Shown here piece after piece: positions 1 through 10,666 of a stretch of DNA of 36,740 nucleotides (the stretch's first letter is position 1; each line of letters begins with the position of its first letter). Source of the DNA: Octopus sinensis (Eukaryota). The translations under genes and the position numbers were made by a program. Below the pieces are notes generated by a model, which saw nothing but the letters and a program-made list of their open reading frames with translations, searched no databases and was not told the DNA's origin. The DNA is taken from positions 1 to 36,740 of the forward strand of contig NW_021836881.1 of assembly GCF_006345805.1 (NCBI RefSeq), read 5' to 3'.

Positions 1-300
1 TATGTGTATATGTATGTGTGTGCATCTGTATGTACGTATCCTGCACATTTATGTGCTTGCCTGTCCGTGTTTGTGTATATATGCACCTCTGTCCCCTTGT
101 GCGTGCACCTCTGTCCCCTTGTGCGTGCATGTCTGTGTGTGTGTGTGTGTGTTATGTAACTATGTACCATGTTTGTATGTATGGATGTGCATCTTTATAT
201 GTGTGGATCCGTGTCTCCATATGTGTCTGTTCATATAGTCTACATACCTATCCGTCTGTATATTGATCTGTATATTGATAACAACTTGTTATCACACACA
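1..300. repeat. Degenerate (TG/TATG)n low-complexity microsatellite
   Basis: Runs of tatgtg/tgtgtg and a short direct repeat (gcacctctgtccccttgtgcgt x2 at ~83-128). The ORFs here are C/V/M/Y low-complexity. Confidence 0.85.
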
Positions 301-612
301 CATATCTTTTTTTTACTATGAATAAATTTATGTTTACAAGTTATTTTCTGAACGGAATGGAGTTTAAAAAGCAGCCTGTGTCCAGGTAAACTATGTGAAT
401 GCCATGTAAGAATCTACTAACGTGGCTGAAGTGGTTGGCATAAGGAAGGGCATCTGGCTGTAAAATAATATCTCAAAAGGGTAACCACGATGTGTATGGT
501 TACTGTCAGGGGTTAAATGATTATTGTTAAGAGCACAAAGGTTAAGCCATGATTTGACAGGGGAAACAGATTTATATATTGGGTCTTCCAATGGATTTTG
601 ACAATGATACAA

Positions 613-1224
613 TCATATTTTCCCATGGATAGCTGCATGTGTAGTTAAGTTCCTTCTTCGGAAAAATGATTTACCACAGATATCACAGTGAAACTGTCTC
701 TCGCCTGTATGAGTACGTTTGTGACTAGTCAAGGTCGAGTTGTCAGAGAATGATTTACCACAGGTAATACAGTGAAATGGCTTTTCTCCTGTATGAATAT
801 ATGTGTGTGTAGTTAATTCACTGTTTTGAGAGAATGATTTGCCACAGGTAACACAGTGATACGGTTTCTCTCCTGTATGAAAACGTTTGTGTCGATTTAA
901 GTGACTGTTTTGAGAGAATGACTTACTACAGGTATCACAGTGAAATGGCTTTTCACCTGTATGAACACGTTTGTGATTAGTTAAGGCACTGTTTTGAGAG
1001 AATGATTTACCACAGGTAACACAGTGAAATGGCTTTTCTCCTGTATGGATACGTATGTGTGTAGTTAATTCACTGTTTTGAGAGAATGATTTACCGCAGG
1101 TAACACAATGAAATGGCTTCTCACCTGTATGAACACGAATGTGATTAATTAAGTTACTGCTTGTAGAGAATGATTTACCACAGATTTCACAACTATGTTG
1201 CGATTTTCCTAATTCTTTTGACAT
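613..1224 (-). CDS. C2H2 zinc-finger protein A, 7 tandem fingers, no effector domain (203 aa from ATG 1224)
   Basis: Seven CxxC-x12-HxxxH repeats with TGEKP(F/Y) linkers. The ORF-track start at 1251 is TTG; the first in-frame ATG is 1224 ([15 protein letters not shown]). Confidence 0.9.
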   Translation of the reverse strand: MSKELGKSQHSCEICGKSFSTSSNLINHIRVHTGEKPFHCVTCGKSFSQNSELTTHIRIHTGEKPFHCVTCGKSFSQNSALTNHKRVHTGEKPFHCDTCSKSFSQNSHLNRHKRFHTGEKPYHCVTCGKSFSQNSELTTHTYIHTGEKPFHCITCGKSFSDNSTLTSHKRTHTGERQFHCDICGKSFFRRRNLTTHAAIHGKI

Positions 1225-1649
1225 TTCTCTAAGGGATACAAACAGACCCAACCATTGAAGTTTCTCACAGTATTAAATTTTCCCCTTATCTTTCTTCTCT
1301 CACCACAGAATGTAATTTTCTTATTCTCGTTCTTGTAATTTATTCCCCAGAAATATTTCAAATCCTATCAACCTTGATTTTATTGATATCCAAAATTCTG
1401 CAAACTTCTTTGTAAATATATTCAAGAATAATTAGAATGCAAAAGTACCAGATAAGGAGATGGAGAAATGTTGCTATGAATTGTTGCTCAGAGCAAATAT
1501 TTCACAGTAATTCAATCCCAGATTTATAGCAGTTGGGTTATTATATCTGTTCTCTAAAACGTTTTCATTTCGTCTTCAAAAAAACATGGTAAATATTCCA
1601 GATGTATCCAATGAACAAAAGATGTTTGGTGCCAATGTCATCTGTGAAT

Positions 1650-1672
1650 CTGAAATAATAAAGAAACAGTTT
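1650..1672 (-). promoter_or_regulatory. Splice acceptor upstream of ZNF A coding exon
   Basis: Minus strand reads ctgtttctttattatttcAG|attcacagatgacattgg (polypyrimidine tract plus CAG). Homologous sites precede ZNF B and ZNF C. Confidence 0.7.
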
Positions 1673-1893
1673 TAGATAGAGAGGAGAGATCAAAATGGAA
1701 GTGTTACAACATTTCTATATTGATTAACAAATGATATCAAATAACATTGGGTGGAATCTAAAAATATGTAAACTACAACTACACTTTCACACAGTGTAAC
1801 ATTACACACACATATATGTATATATATGTATATATATATCAATCAGGTCATCCCATAAGTTCTGTCTGAAATTTGAATAAAGAAAACAAGTGA

Positions 1894-3045
1894 TCAAACT
1901 GCATCTAACCAGACTCTCTCCCTAATTAGTTGGGCTATGACCCTCTCCGTGACCATCACCTGATCCAACACTTTGATACCCCTGTAGTTATTTCTATCTA
2001 AAGCATCACCTTTACCCTTGTAGCAGTTGACTAAGGGGCTGCTATGCCAGTCATTGGGTATGACTCCATCATGAACTACCTGGTTTACAAAACAGGTGAC
2101 TTGGCCATAGCTCAGACCACCAGATATTTTAAGCATCTCAGCAATGATTCCTGATGGACCGGGGGCTTTTTCTGGCTTCATACTCTTAATTGCTTTATCT
2201 ACCAGGGTGCAATCTATTCGGGTAGCTGGTCCTTTTACTGGGTCAACATTTGGCAGGCTTTCCTCCTCCCATTCATTCTCCATGTTCAGCAGTCTTTCAT
2301 AATGGCTTCTCCAAGCCTCTTTCTTTTCAGAATCATTAAAAGCAAGGGCACCATCATCCATGCAGACACATTTCTCTCCTGTAACATCACAATTTTCTCC
2401 CACACACTGTCTTGCAATCTGAAATACTTCAGTTCTTTGGTCCCCACGTCACAGGACATTGGCAACTTCCTTCTTTTCTACTTCACCCTTGGCTATGTAT
2501 ACAGGTCGCCCAGCCCCTCTTCTGGCTATCTGGTACACTCCCCCCCTACCCTCACCCTTCCAGGTTTGTTTCTTTGCTTTGATGGCTTTGCCTATCATAT
2601 TATTCCACCCCCACATTACTCTAGGTCTGGAAGGGACTTTGCACAGACTTGCTCTGTGGCACTCAGTAAACTTGCTCCATAAGGATATCCAGCAGCCTTC
2701 TATTTCTTGATGAGGAGGTCCCTAAATCTCTGACCATGTGAAGGGTTCATTAGCTTCCAAATCCTTCTTTTCTGGATTGGTCTGCTTCTGGACATCCTTC
2801 TGGCCTCAAGTCTAAAGTCACCAATGATAATGATTAGTCTATGCTGGGGGTTATATTCTTCACTCGGGAGGGTCTTTGTATTTAAGAGCAACCCTGCATC
2901 CTGCTGTCTGTTGAGGATGAAATCAATCTGGCTAGCAGAGTCCCCTGATTGGTAGGTTATAAGGTAGCTGTCTGCTTTCCTGAAGTTAGTGTTGCAGATT
3001 AAAAGGTTGCATGCATCACAGAACTCCAGAAGCCCGGTTCCCTCA
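1894..3045 (-). mobile_element. Decayed non-LTR retrotransposon (RTE-like LINE) ORF fragment: endonuclease C-terminus to start of reverse transcriptase
   Basis: The minus strand gives EGTGLLEFCDACNLLICNTNFRK...ITYQSGDSASQIDFIL...QHRLI (APE endonuclease end), then WNNMIGKAIKAKKQTWK, then KAPGPSGI...IPNDW...YKGKGDALDRNNYRGI (pre-RT/RT domain 0-1). It contains stops and frameshifts and is truncated at both ends. Confidence 0.88.
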
Positions 3046-3131
3046 CTGTATCAAGTATTGGTGGTGGGGGGCAGGAGAGGACGAGCACACCGCGAACAAA
3101 GTTTAATTTGGGAGATGGTACGAGGAACGAA

Positions 3132-3167
<36 letters not shown>
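3132..3167 (+). repeat. (AAT)n microsatellite
   Basis: About 12 perfect AAT units. Confidence 0.95.
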
Positions 3168-3168
<1 letters not shown>

Positions 3169-3469
3169 TACATTCAAAGTGTTCATGGGGGATGAGAAAT
3201 TAAACAAACCAGGGAACAAGTAATTATCTTAACGAAATTACATGAGATGAAGAGGGTATATATTGAGGTATATATCAGTTGAAATGGTTAGCTTCTGAAA
3301 ACTAGCTGTTAGTAAGTAATACATTTAAAGAGTTAATAGTGTTAATTAATGTATTAATTAATGTGTTAATGGCGAATGAATGCATGAAAGATTGAAAAAA
3401 ATGAGAGAATCTTAACTTAGCAATGCATCATCATTTGGCGACTATTTAAGTTAATTATTATATAATTTT

Positions 3470-3840
3470 GTAGCTTGCTTACCAACCACATGGTTCCGGG
3501 TTCAGTCCCACTGTGTGGCACCTTGGGCAAGTGTTTCAACTATAGCCTCGGGCCGACCAAAGCCTTGTAAGTGGATTTGGTAGACGGAAACTGAAAGAAG
3601 CCCATTGTATATGTGTATATATATGTGTGTCTGTGTTTGTCCCCCTAGCATTGCTTGACAACCAATGCTGGTGTGTTCATGTCCCCCTTACTTAGCGGTT
3701 CGGCAAAAGTGACCGATAGAATAAGTACTAGGCTTACAAAGAATAAGTCCTGGGGTCGATTTCCTCGACTAAAGGCGGTGCTCCAACATGGCCACAGTCA
3801 CATGACTGAAACAAGTAAAAGATTAAAGAGCAAAAGAGTA
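3470..3840 (+). mobile_element. tRNA-derived SINE, family 1 (5'-truncated copy)
   Basis: Colinear and highly similar to 4766-5198. B-box-like ggttcagtccc, CORE-like caccttgggcaagtg, internal (TA/TG)n, A-rich tail gtaaaaga. Confidence 0.85.
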
Positions 3841-4334
3841 AGTCAGTTATTTCTTTGTGGCCCGATAGCAAACCATTCATGAACCAGTACCAGCTGTGGC
3901 CTGGGGGTTATGGACCTCTCATATACAAGATTACATTGTCTGTCCTGTGTCCATTCATGGTTCTAGAAGATATTTTATATTTATGGTTACATAAGATACA
4001 TATTTTGAGAAGCAATTTCGACATAGTATTTGTACCCAGTTTAGAACAGAAGTGGAAACAGATAGAATCCCATCTCCCTGTCTGTTGCCAGGGGCTACAA
4101 ACAGAGAAACAGGTAAAAGAAGAAAAGAATATATTCAGCTGAATTTTATTTGTTTATCAATATTTTCTTTTTGTTTGATCAATATATGGTCACTTCACCT
4201 GCTAGAAACAACAGCTAAATTCTATGCAATTTAAACCTTCTGGTCCTGAAAACTAGAGATTACTTGCTGATTTAACGCTGGATAAAGAACGTTAGAAAAA
4301 AAACAAAAAACAGGAGAGTCATGGATGGAATATA

Positions 4335-4567
4335 TATTTCTTTATTGCCCACAGGGGGTTAAACATAGAGGGGACAAACAAAGACAGACAAACGGATTAA
4401 GTCGATTACATCGACCCCAGTGCGTAACTGGTACTTTATTTATCGACCCCGAAAGGATGAAAGGCAAAGTCGACCTCTGCGGAATTTGAACTCACAACGT
4501 AACGACAGACAAAATAGAGCTACGCATTTCGCCCGGCGTGCTAATGTTTCTGCCAGCTCGCCGCCTT
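4335..4567 (-). mobile_element. tRNA-derived SINE, family 2 (full-length-looking)
   Basis: Minus strand begins aaggcggcgagctggcagaaacattagc (A-box-like), with B-box-like gttcaaattcc and an A/T-rich tail. Partial copies at 9678-9784 and 10300-10410. Confidence 0.8.
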
Positions 4568-4765
4568 AATATAGCAACCATACCAGCATGAATGTCCATG
4601 GGACCCAAACCCTTTCTCTGCAAGTACTTGATGCCAAATTTTATCCATTTTCAAGAGATGTTGCTACTAGTTGCTTCCAGAGTCTTCTTTGAACAGTCTT
4701 TGTTCTTTGGAAAGAAATGATGCAGTTTTTAATAAGAAGTGTTGAAATTATTACATGCAAGAAAT

Positions 4766-4929
4766 GGCACAGGAGTGGCTGTGTGGTAAGAAGCTTGCTT
4801 ACCAACCACATGGTTCCGGTTCAGTCCCACTGCGTGGCACCTTGGGCAAGTGCTTTCTACTATAGCCTCGGGCCGACCAATGCCTTGTGAGTGGATTTGG
4901 TAGACGGAAACTGAAAGAAGCCTGTCGTA

Positions 4930-4979
<50 letters not shown>

Positions 4980-5198
4980 TGTGTGTGTGTTTGTGTGTCT
5001 GTGTTTGTCCCCCTATCATTGCTTGACAACCGATGCTGGTGTGTTTACGTCCCCGTCACTTAGCGGTTCGGCAAAAGAGACCGATAGAATAAGTACTGGG
5101 CTTACAAAGAATAAGTCCCAGGGTCGATTTGCTCGACTGAAGGCGGTACTCCAGCATGGCCGCATTCAAATGACTGAAACAAGTAAAAGAGTAAAGAG
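4766..5198 (+). mobile_element. tRNA-derived SINE, family 1 (full copy) with internal (TA)n at 4928-4976
   Basis: Head ggcacaggagtggctgtgtggtaag (A-box-like), ggttcagtccc (B-box-like), CORE-like segment. Second copy at 3470-3840. Confidence 0.88.
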
Positions 5199-5377
5199 AG
5201 CAAGATTTCAAAGTTCTAGCATCCCTCCTTCATAGTAAGCCTATAAACCTTTTAGACCAGCCTCATAGCCATTTCCCTGAATGATTTATCATATACATCC
5301 AGCATATTTTTGAGCTTAGCTGAGGTTCATCTTTCAGCAAATGACTCACCACAGACATCACAATGAAATGGCTTCTT

Positions 5378-6559
5378 TCAAGTGTGAATACGTTTGTGTC
5401 TAGTTAACTTCCTTCCTACAGAGAAAGACTGACCGCAGATATCACAGTGATAAGGTCTCTCTCCAGTGTGAATGTGCCTGTGTGTAATTAAGTGGTCATT
5501 TCGAGAGAATGATTGACCACAGATATCACACTGATAAGGTTTCTCTCCCGTATGAATGCGTTGGTGTTTTGTTAAGATATGACTTTGAGAGAATGATTGA
5601 CCACAGATATCACACTGATAAGGTTTCTCCCCTGTGTGAATACGTTTGTGCTTAGTTAGGGAACGTCCCTCAGCATATGACTGACCACAGACGTCACAAT
5701 GAAAAGGCTTCTCTCCAGTATGAACACGTTTGTGTCTGGTCAATGTACTCCCTTCAGAGAACGACTGACCACAGATAACGCACTGATATGGTTTCTCTCC
5801 TGTATGAATGCGTCTGTGATTAGTTAAGACAAAATTCTGAGAGAAGGATTTACCACAGATGTCACAGTCATATGGTTTTTCACCTGTATGAACGTGTTTG
5901 TGTTTACTTAAGTAATTAGGCCGAGAGAATGATTTGCCACAGGTATCACAGTGAAATGGCTTCTCACCTGTATGAATACGTTTGTGCTTAGTTAAGTGAT
6001 CGGACTGGGAGAAGGATTTACTACAGGTATCACACTGATAAGGTTTCTCACCTGTATGGATACGTTTGTGCTTAGTTAAGGTCCCTCCATCACAGAATGA
6101 CTGGCCACAGAAAACACACTGATATGGTCTCTCTCCTGTATGAATGCGTATATGTGTAGTCAAGCCATGATTTTGAGAGAATGATTTACCACAGACATCA
6201 CAGTGATATGGTCTCCCTCCTGTATGAATGCGTTTGTGAGTAGTTAAGTGGTAATTCTGAGTGAATGATTTACCACAGATATCACAGTGGTAGGGCCTCT
6301 CCCCTGTATGAATACGCTTGTGGGCAGTTAAGTGTTTATTTTGAGATAATGATTTTCCACAGATATCACAGCGATATGGTTTCTCTCCTGTATGACTACG
6401 TTTGTGAACCGTGAGGCTTTCTTTCCGAGTAAATGACTTTTTACAGATATCACAGTTGTGAGATGTTTTTCCTCTATCTTTTGGCACCTCCTCAATAAAG
6501 TCAAGACTTTCCGTCAGCATTTTACATTTCACATTGTCCTCACGCAATTCACTTTCCAT
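5378..6559 (-). CDS. C2H2 zinc-finger protein B, 13 tandem fingers, short N-terminal leader, no KRAB/SCAN/BTB (393 aa)
   Basis: ATG start and an intact 393-codon ORF with 13 CxxC-x12-HxxxH units joined by TGE(K/R)P(Y/F) linkers. Confidence 0.95.
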   Translation of the reverse strand: MESELREDNVKCKMLTESLDFIEEVPKDRGKTSHNCDICKKSFTRKESLTVHKRSHTGEKPYRCDICGKSLSQNKHLTAHKRIHTGERPYHCDICGKSFTQNYHLTTHKRIHTGGRPYHCDVCGKSFSQNHGLTTHIRIHTGERPYQCVFCGQSFCDGGTLTKHKRIHTGEKPYQCDTCSKSFSQSDHLTKHKRIHTGEKPFHCDTCGKSFSRPNYLSKHKHVHTGEKPYDCDICGKSFSQNFVLTNHRRIHTGEKPYQCVICGQSFSEGSTLTRHKRVHTGEKPFHCDVCGQSYAEGRSLTKHKRIHTGEKPYQCDICGQSFSQSHILTKHQRIHTGEKPYQCDICGQSFSRNDHLITHRHIHTGERPYHCDICGQSFSVGRKLTRHKRIHT

Positions 6560-6840
6560 AATTTATATTTTCTCACCACAATATGCAGATGTTTACACAC
6601 TTCATTCCTATAAAATTTCTTATCTTGGTCAATATCTGCAGAAGCTGCCAGCTCTTTTGTAATCCAAGGTTAATAGGAATGCAAAATCCTCATTGAAGAA
6701 GAAATATTGCTGCAGTCGCAAGAAATATTTCACACAAAATTTACCTTCTTTCTATAAACAGGGATCTCTTTGTTCTGTGTCACAGCTTTATTTAATCTTT
6801 CAAAAATGATAAATCCATTAATCCAATGTTATCCCGTAAT

Positions 6841-6865
6841 CTGAAATAAGAGAGAAACAACAGAA
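6841..6865 (-). promoter_or_regulatory. Splice acceptor upstream of ZNF B coding exon
   Basis: Minus strand ctgttgtttctctcttatttcAG|attacgggataacattgg, homologous to the acceptors before A and C. Confidence 0.7.
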
Positions 6866-7206
6866 ATTACAGAGGATACTTGATAAAACAACAGAGACTA
6901 CACAGTGGAAGATTTTACCTGTTATATTCATGACTATGGGAAGATATTTTTTTCATCTTTCACTTGTTTGACTGTGGCCATGCTGGGGCACAGCATTGAA
7001 GGGCTTAGATACACAAACCAACACTAATACTTAGTTTTTTAAGAGACTCTATTAGTCTCTGGCAAAACTGCTAGGTCAGAAGGATGTAAACAAACCTACT
7101 CCAGTTGTGATGCAGTCATGGGGGACAAATGCAACAGAAATACTCACACACACACATATGTAATGAAAGGGACTTCCTAAATCACAAAAGCAACAGAAAT
7201 ACATAC

Positions 7207-7590
7207 ATCAACATCATTTAACCCTTTCGTTACAGTATTTATTTTGAGATGCTCTGTGTTCAATTTTAAATATAACAAAGAATTTAGTAAAATAACTTCG
7301 TTATCATTAAGCTAGTGTTAGGAATATAAATTGTGACTAAGGTTTGGTGGAAGATTTTAATTCAGAACTTATGTAAACAAGACATTTGTACTCAGAACCA
7401 GAGCCAGTTTCAGCCGGGTTGGTAACGAAAGGGTTAATGTCTGCTTTCCATACTGGCATGGGTCACACAGTTTGACCGGAGCCGATGAGCCGGAGAGCTA
7501 CACCAGGTTCCAGTGTGATTTGGCATGGTTTCTATGGCTGGATGCCCTTCCTAACACCAACCACCCCAGGGGTGTAGTGGGTGCTTTTAT
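7207..7590 (-). mobile_element. Retroposon 3' tail repeat ((GAT)n-tailed family), interrupted by the MITE
   Basis: Removing the MITE restores catcatttaatgtctgctttccatactggcatggg..., colinear with the copy at 7849-7988. Confidence 0.7.
7222..7433. mobile_element. Non-autonomous piggyBac-type MITE (212 bp) with TTAA target-site duplication
   Basis: TTAA(7218-21) CCCTTTCGTTAC ... GTAACGAAAGGG TTAA(7434-37): perfect 12-bp TIRs with CCC/GGG termini and an AT-rich non-coding interior. Confidence 0.9.
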
Positions 7591-7599
7591 ACACTACCG

Positions 7600-7845
7600 G
7601 CAAGGGTGCCGTTTACATGACACCGGCAACAACCAGGACTACGATTCAAGGCAATGACTATGATGCAAGGGTGTCGTTTACACGGCACTAGCGGCACCCA
7701 CGATGACTCATGAGTCCTATTTCCATGACTCTGGTGACCACTATGACTCACAGGTGCAATTTACATGGCATTTGCACTGACCACGATTCCCAGGTGCCAA
7801 TGTACATGGCACCATCAATGACCATGGCTATGATGCACAGCACTA
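7600..7845. repeat. Degenerate minisatellite (~4 units, 40-85 bp)
   Basis: Recurring ggtgcc/gtc..tttacatggcac..gaccac/tatgat cores at ~7601, 7666, 7751 and 7791. Confidence 0.55.
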
Positions 7846-7848
7846 GCA

Positions 7849-7988
7849 TTCATCATCATCATCGTCATCATCGTTTAACGTCCGTTCTCCATGCTAGCAC
7901 GGGTTGGACAGTTCGACCGGGGTCTGGGAAGCCAGGAGGCTGCACCAGGCTCCAGTCTGATCTGGCAGTGTTTCTACAGCTGGATGCC
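7849..7988 (-). mobile_element. Second copy of (GAT)n-tailed retroposon 3' end
   Basis: (CAT)n run followed by gtttaacgtccgttctccatgctagcacgggttggacagtt...tttctacagctggatgcc. A small opposite-orientation fragment is at ~10225-10253. Confidence 0.7.
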
Positions 7989-8124
7989 AAGAGGGGCATA
8001 AAACCTGCTTCCAGGAGATACCCCTCTTTAATGAGAGGCCCACCTCCGCCATTTACAAAGTCATCCCTCAACATCCTACTGGGGTAAAAAGAATTGAAGG
8101 CACAATGAGTTTTTGGGACCCTAC

Positions 8125-8385
8125 ACACTTAAAAAGTATACAAGAAGCCTTTTTGGTAAAAAAAAAATACACATTTTCTGACAAAAAGATTTAAGGGAGA
8201 TATGGCTGTTGTTTCTAGCATATCCTGTGACTGGTAAGGTTTCGGGTTGATAAAAAATAATTTCTTAATAGCATAAATGGGTTTATGATACTGATGGGGA
8301 GAATATATTGAAAATCATCAGAGTGAGAAAGACACGAGGAAGGTCATGAGATATGCTAGACACAGCAGCCAAATCGCCATTCAAT
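8125..8385. repeat. Two inverted copies of a short interspersed repeat (gatttggctg.t.tttctagcatatc core)
   Basis: 8188-8230 and 8342-8385 are reverse-complement related. Further copies lie at 11125-11165 and ~4198-4222. Confidence 0.6.
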
Positions 8386-8749
8386 ACGAGATCTACCGCG
8401 CACTATCTGTAGTCTATGCTGTGAAATAACCTCATCTGTTTTTCTCAATTTTCATCCTATGAATGTATTACTGGGATTAGGATTAGGGTTGGATTGAGCT
8501 TTTCCCCAGTCACACCTTCATCGTATTTGCTAGAAAGTAGTGAGAAAAGATGCTGCCGATTCGTTTGTGGGTTTCCTAAAAGAAATACGAAGCATCATCG
8601 TTAAAGGATTCAAGTGTAAATTCTGTCAGCAGTTCCGTCTGTCATTAAGAATAAATAATTATTCAATATTATTCAACTTGATTTTATAATCGTGCAGTAT
8701 AAATGGTTGTGGTGGAAGTAGACGGCACACAAAAGTGACATAGAATTAA

Positions 8750-9250
8750 TTGGCGGCCGGAAATGAGTGTAGAGCGAAATATTTCGATATTTTGGTCTTA
8801 CCTCGGTCTTAATCAGTCGTTTTTCCTCTGCCAGGTCGTGTCAGGACGTCGACGAAGAACAAGAGAAACGACAGAACCTAATTTACAACTCAAATAAACA
8901 GACATTCGCTTTCCGTTTACCATAAGAGATGGAGGAGGAAGAAACAAGGTTCGAACACGCTTCGTTTCTCTCTAAATTACAAAAAAAAAAAAAAACCACG
9001 CCTTCTTCTGCTCCAGCCACATCTTTAGGGGCCGCCTGGTGACGTCACGTCCGCTTTCCCTATCAGACAATCAATGTCCCCCGATGCGGTTTCGATTCCC
9101 GGACCGGGCGATGCGTTGTGTTTATTAAGCAAAACACTTCGGATCTTTTTAGCCCCTTGCATAGGAGAATGGAAGAAGCACCCGCGTACAAGGCGAAAGA
9201 CTACGCCCGTGTAGCCAGCAGCCTGGGAGAAGCAACTTCTGCTCAATGTT
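8750..9250. promoter_or_regulatory. CpG-enriched promoter-like region with CRE palindrome, ETS-like site and a minus-strand donor
   Basis: Visibly more CG dinucleotides than the flanks. GTGACGTCAC at 9039-9048, GGCCGGAAAT at 8755-8764, and minus-strand GAG|GTAAGA (intron would start at 8801) pointing to ZNF B/A. Confidence 0.5.
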
Positions 9251-9335
9251 CTTGCTATTTGTGAGTAAATCTAAGAAGAAAAAAAAACAGAACCAAAGCC
9301 TTAAAATTGTGATACCTGTGCAGGTGGCACGTAAA

Positions 9336-9510
9336 AAGTATTCCCGGATTACTGTAAGCCAGGTAAGAGATCCGGCACGTACGATAGATCGATAGATAGG
9401 TGTGGATATCTTACCCGTTATGCTTTACAAATCAATATTTAGCGTGAAAATATATTTACTCACATCAAAATCTCCGTGAAGACATACAAAAACACGTTAT
9501 GGTTCTTCTG
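9336..9510 (-). repeat. Left arm of inverted duplication (partner 10667-10841); contains candidate donor GAT|GTGAGT at 9463 (minus)
   Basis: Its reverse complement aligns to 10667-10841 with few mismatches, e.g. gccaggtaagagatccggcacgtacgat and gtgaaaatatatttactcacatcaaaatctccgtgaagaca. Confidence 0.9.
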
Positions 9511-9677
9511 CCGATTCCAGAGACAGCAGAGAAAGGTTCCCGCTGGATGCGATCGAAGAGGGACAAAAATCGACTTCGAAACTCTTTGAAGACAAAATTT
9601 TTGCGTCTTTAGCGCGAAGGGAAGTAACTCTGGGCATGTCTTTCTGGTGGCATTGACCTTTCACTGCCACAAGAACC

Positions 9678-9784
9678 TATTTCTTTTACTACCCCCAAGG
9701 GGCCAAACGCAGAGAGGACAAACAAGGATAGACGAACGGATTAAGTCGATTATATCGACCCAGTGCCGTAACTGGTACTTATTT
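9678..9784 (-). mobile_element. SINE family 2, 3' fragment
   Basis: Colinear with 4337-4440 (ggacaaaca..gacaaacggattaagtcgatta.atcgacc..agtg..taactggtact). Confidence 0.8.
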
Positions 9785-9838
9785 CTTTATTTCTACTTCT
9801 ATATAAATAAGTTTAACAGGGTGCCAGGGAGTCTTTCC

Positions 9839-10135
9839 GGATCTTTTCCGTTTGACCGGCAGTTTTTTAAAATAATTTCCACGAAACTAAAAACTTTTAA
9901 ACTTCGTATTCTGGTAGAATGTGTTTATAAAACATCATTTTCTCTTGGCTTTATTGAGAAAATTCTATATTTTGTAAGATATTTATTGCTGTTTTTTCTT
10001 TAATTTCTGCAATTTCAACCAATCAATGACCTCTATTGAGGTGAAAACATCCTGTGCCGTATGAATATGTCCCTCGTTTAAGAAACAGATTGGGTTTATT
10101 TACATTTGTGAAGAAAAAAAGATACCCTTCCCCCG
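9839..10135. repeat. Probable truncated interspersed repeat (non-autonomous DNA-transposon-like)
   Basis: Starts ggatcttttccgtttgaccggcagtttttt, which I recall as a terminal motif of an abundant octopus repeat. No partner end is present in the window, so this is unverified. Confidence 0.35.
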
Positions 10136-10299
10136 GGTCGTCTAAAACCTTGTCACTAGACTCGCATGATGGAATCTTTGTAGAAGCCTTTTTGTGTATG
10201 GTGCAGCCTTCCAGCTCGCCATTCCTCTTCAAACCGTCGAACCCATGCCAGCAGTAGGGTTAGGGTTAAATTATGATATTTATATATTGGAAATATTTC

Positions 10300-10410
10300 A
10301 GTGGTATTTACTTCATTGACCACCAAAAACGAATTTGAACTCAACGTAAAACGGTCAAAATACCGCCAAGGATTTCGTCCAACGAGCAAACGGTTCTGTC
10401 AGCTCGCCAA
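10300..10410 (-). mobile_element. SINE family 2, degenerate 5' fragment
   Basis: gaatttgaactc..aacgtaa...atttcg.cc....ctg.cagctcgcc matches 4482-4562. Confidence 0.65.
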
Positions 10411-10666
10411 CTGAAGTAACCTTAATCACCATGAAGTATAAACTATGTCTTTTTCAACATTACCAGCAAGGCCGCTGCTGACAATAATGAAGATTCGTTT
10501 ATCATAGCGAGATGCTAACCACAGTAACCATGGTGATTGGCATCAAACTATTGCAAGTTCCCGCTTTATGATAACATTCTTGGTTTTATTCATTAGAGAG
10601 CGTTGGGTTTATTGTTGTCACATGACACACCGTACTTCCGTTTCTTCTGCAACCTGCTTCAATGGA

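Noticed and set aside
2-266. Cys/Val-rich ORFs
   Set aside because: Translation of a TG/TA microsatellite.
1894-2403. 169-aa ORF as a functional gene
   Set aside because: It is an internal piece of a frameshifted, truncated LINE, has a GTG start and lacks the RT catalytic core.
4766-4835. tRNA gene
   Set aside because: A/B-box-like motifs are present, but they form the head of a multi-copy SINE and no full cloverleaf is seen.
4729-5235. ORFs with YIYIYI runs
   Set aside because: They lie within a SINE and its (TA)n tract.
10255-10268. TTAGGG telomere-like units (also degenerate at ~8473-8495)
   Set aside because: Only about two units, too short to call an interstitial telomere.
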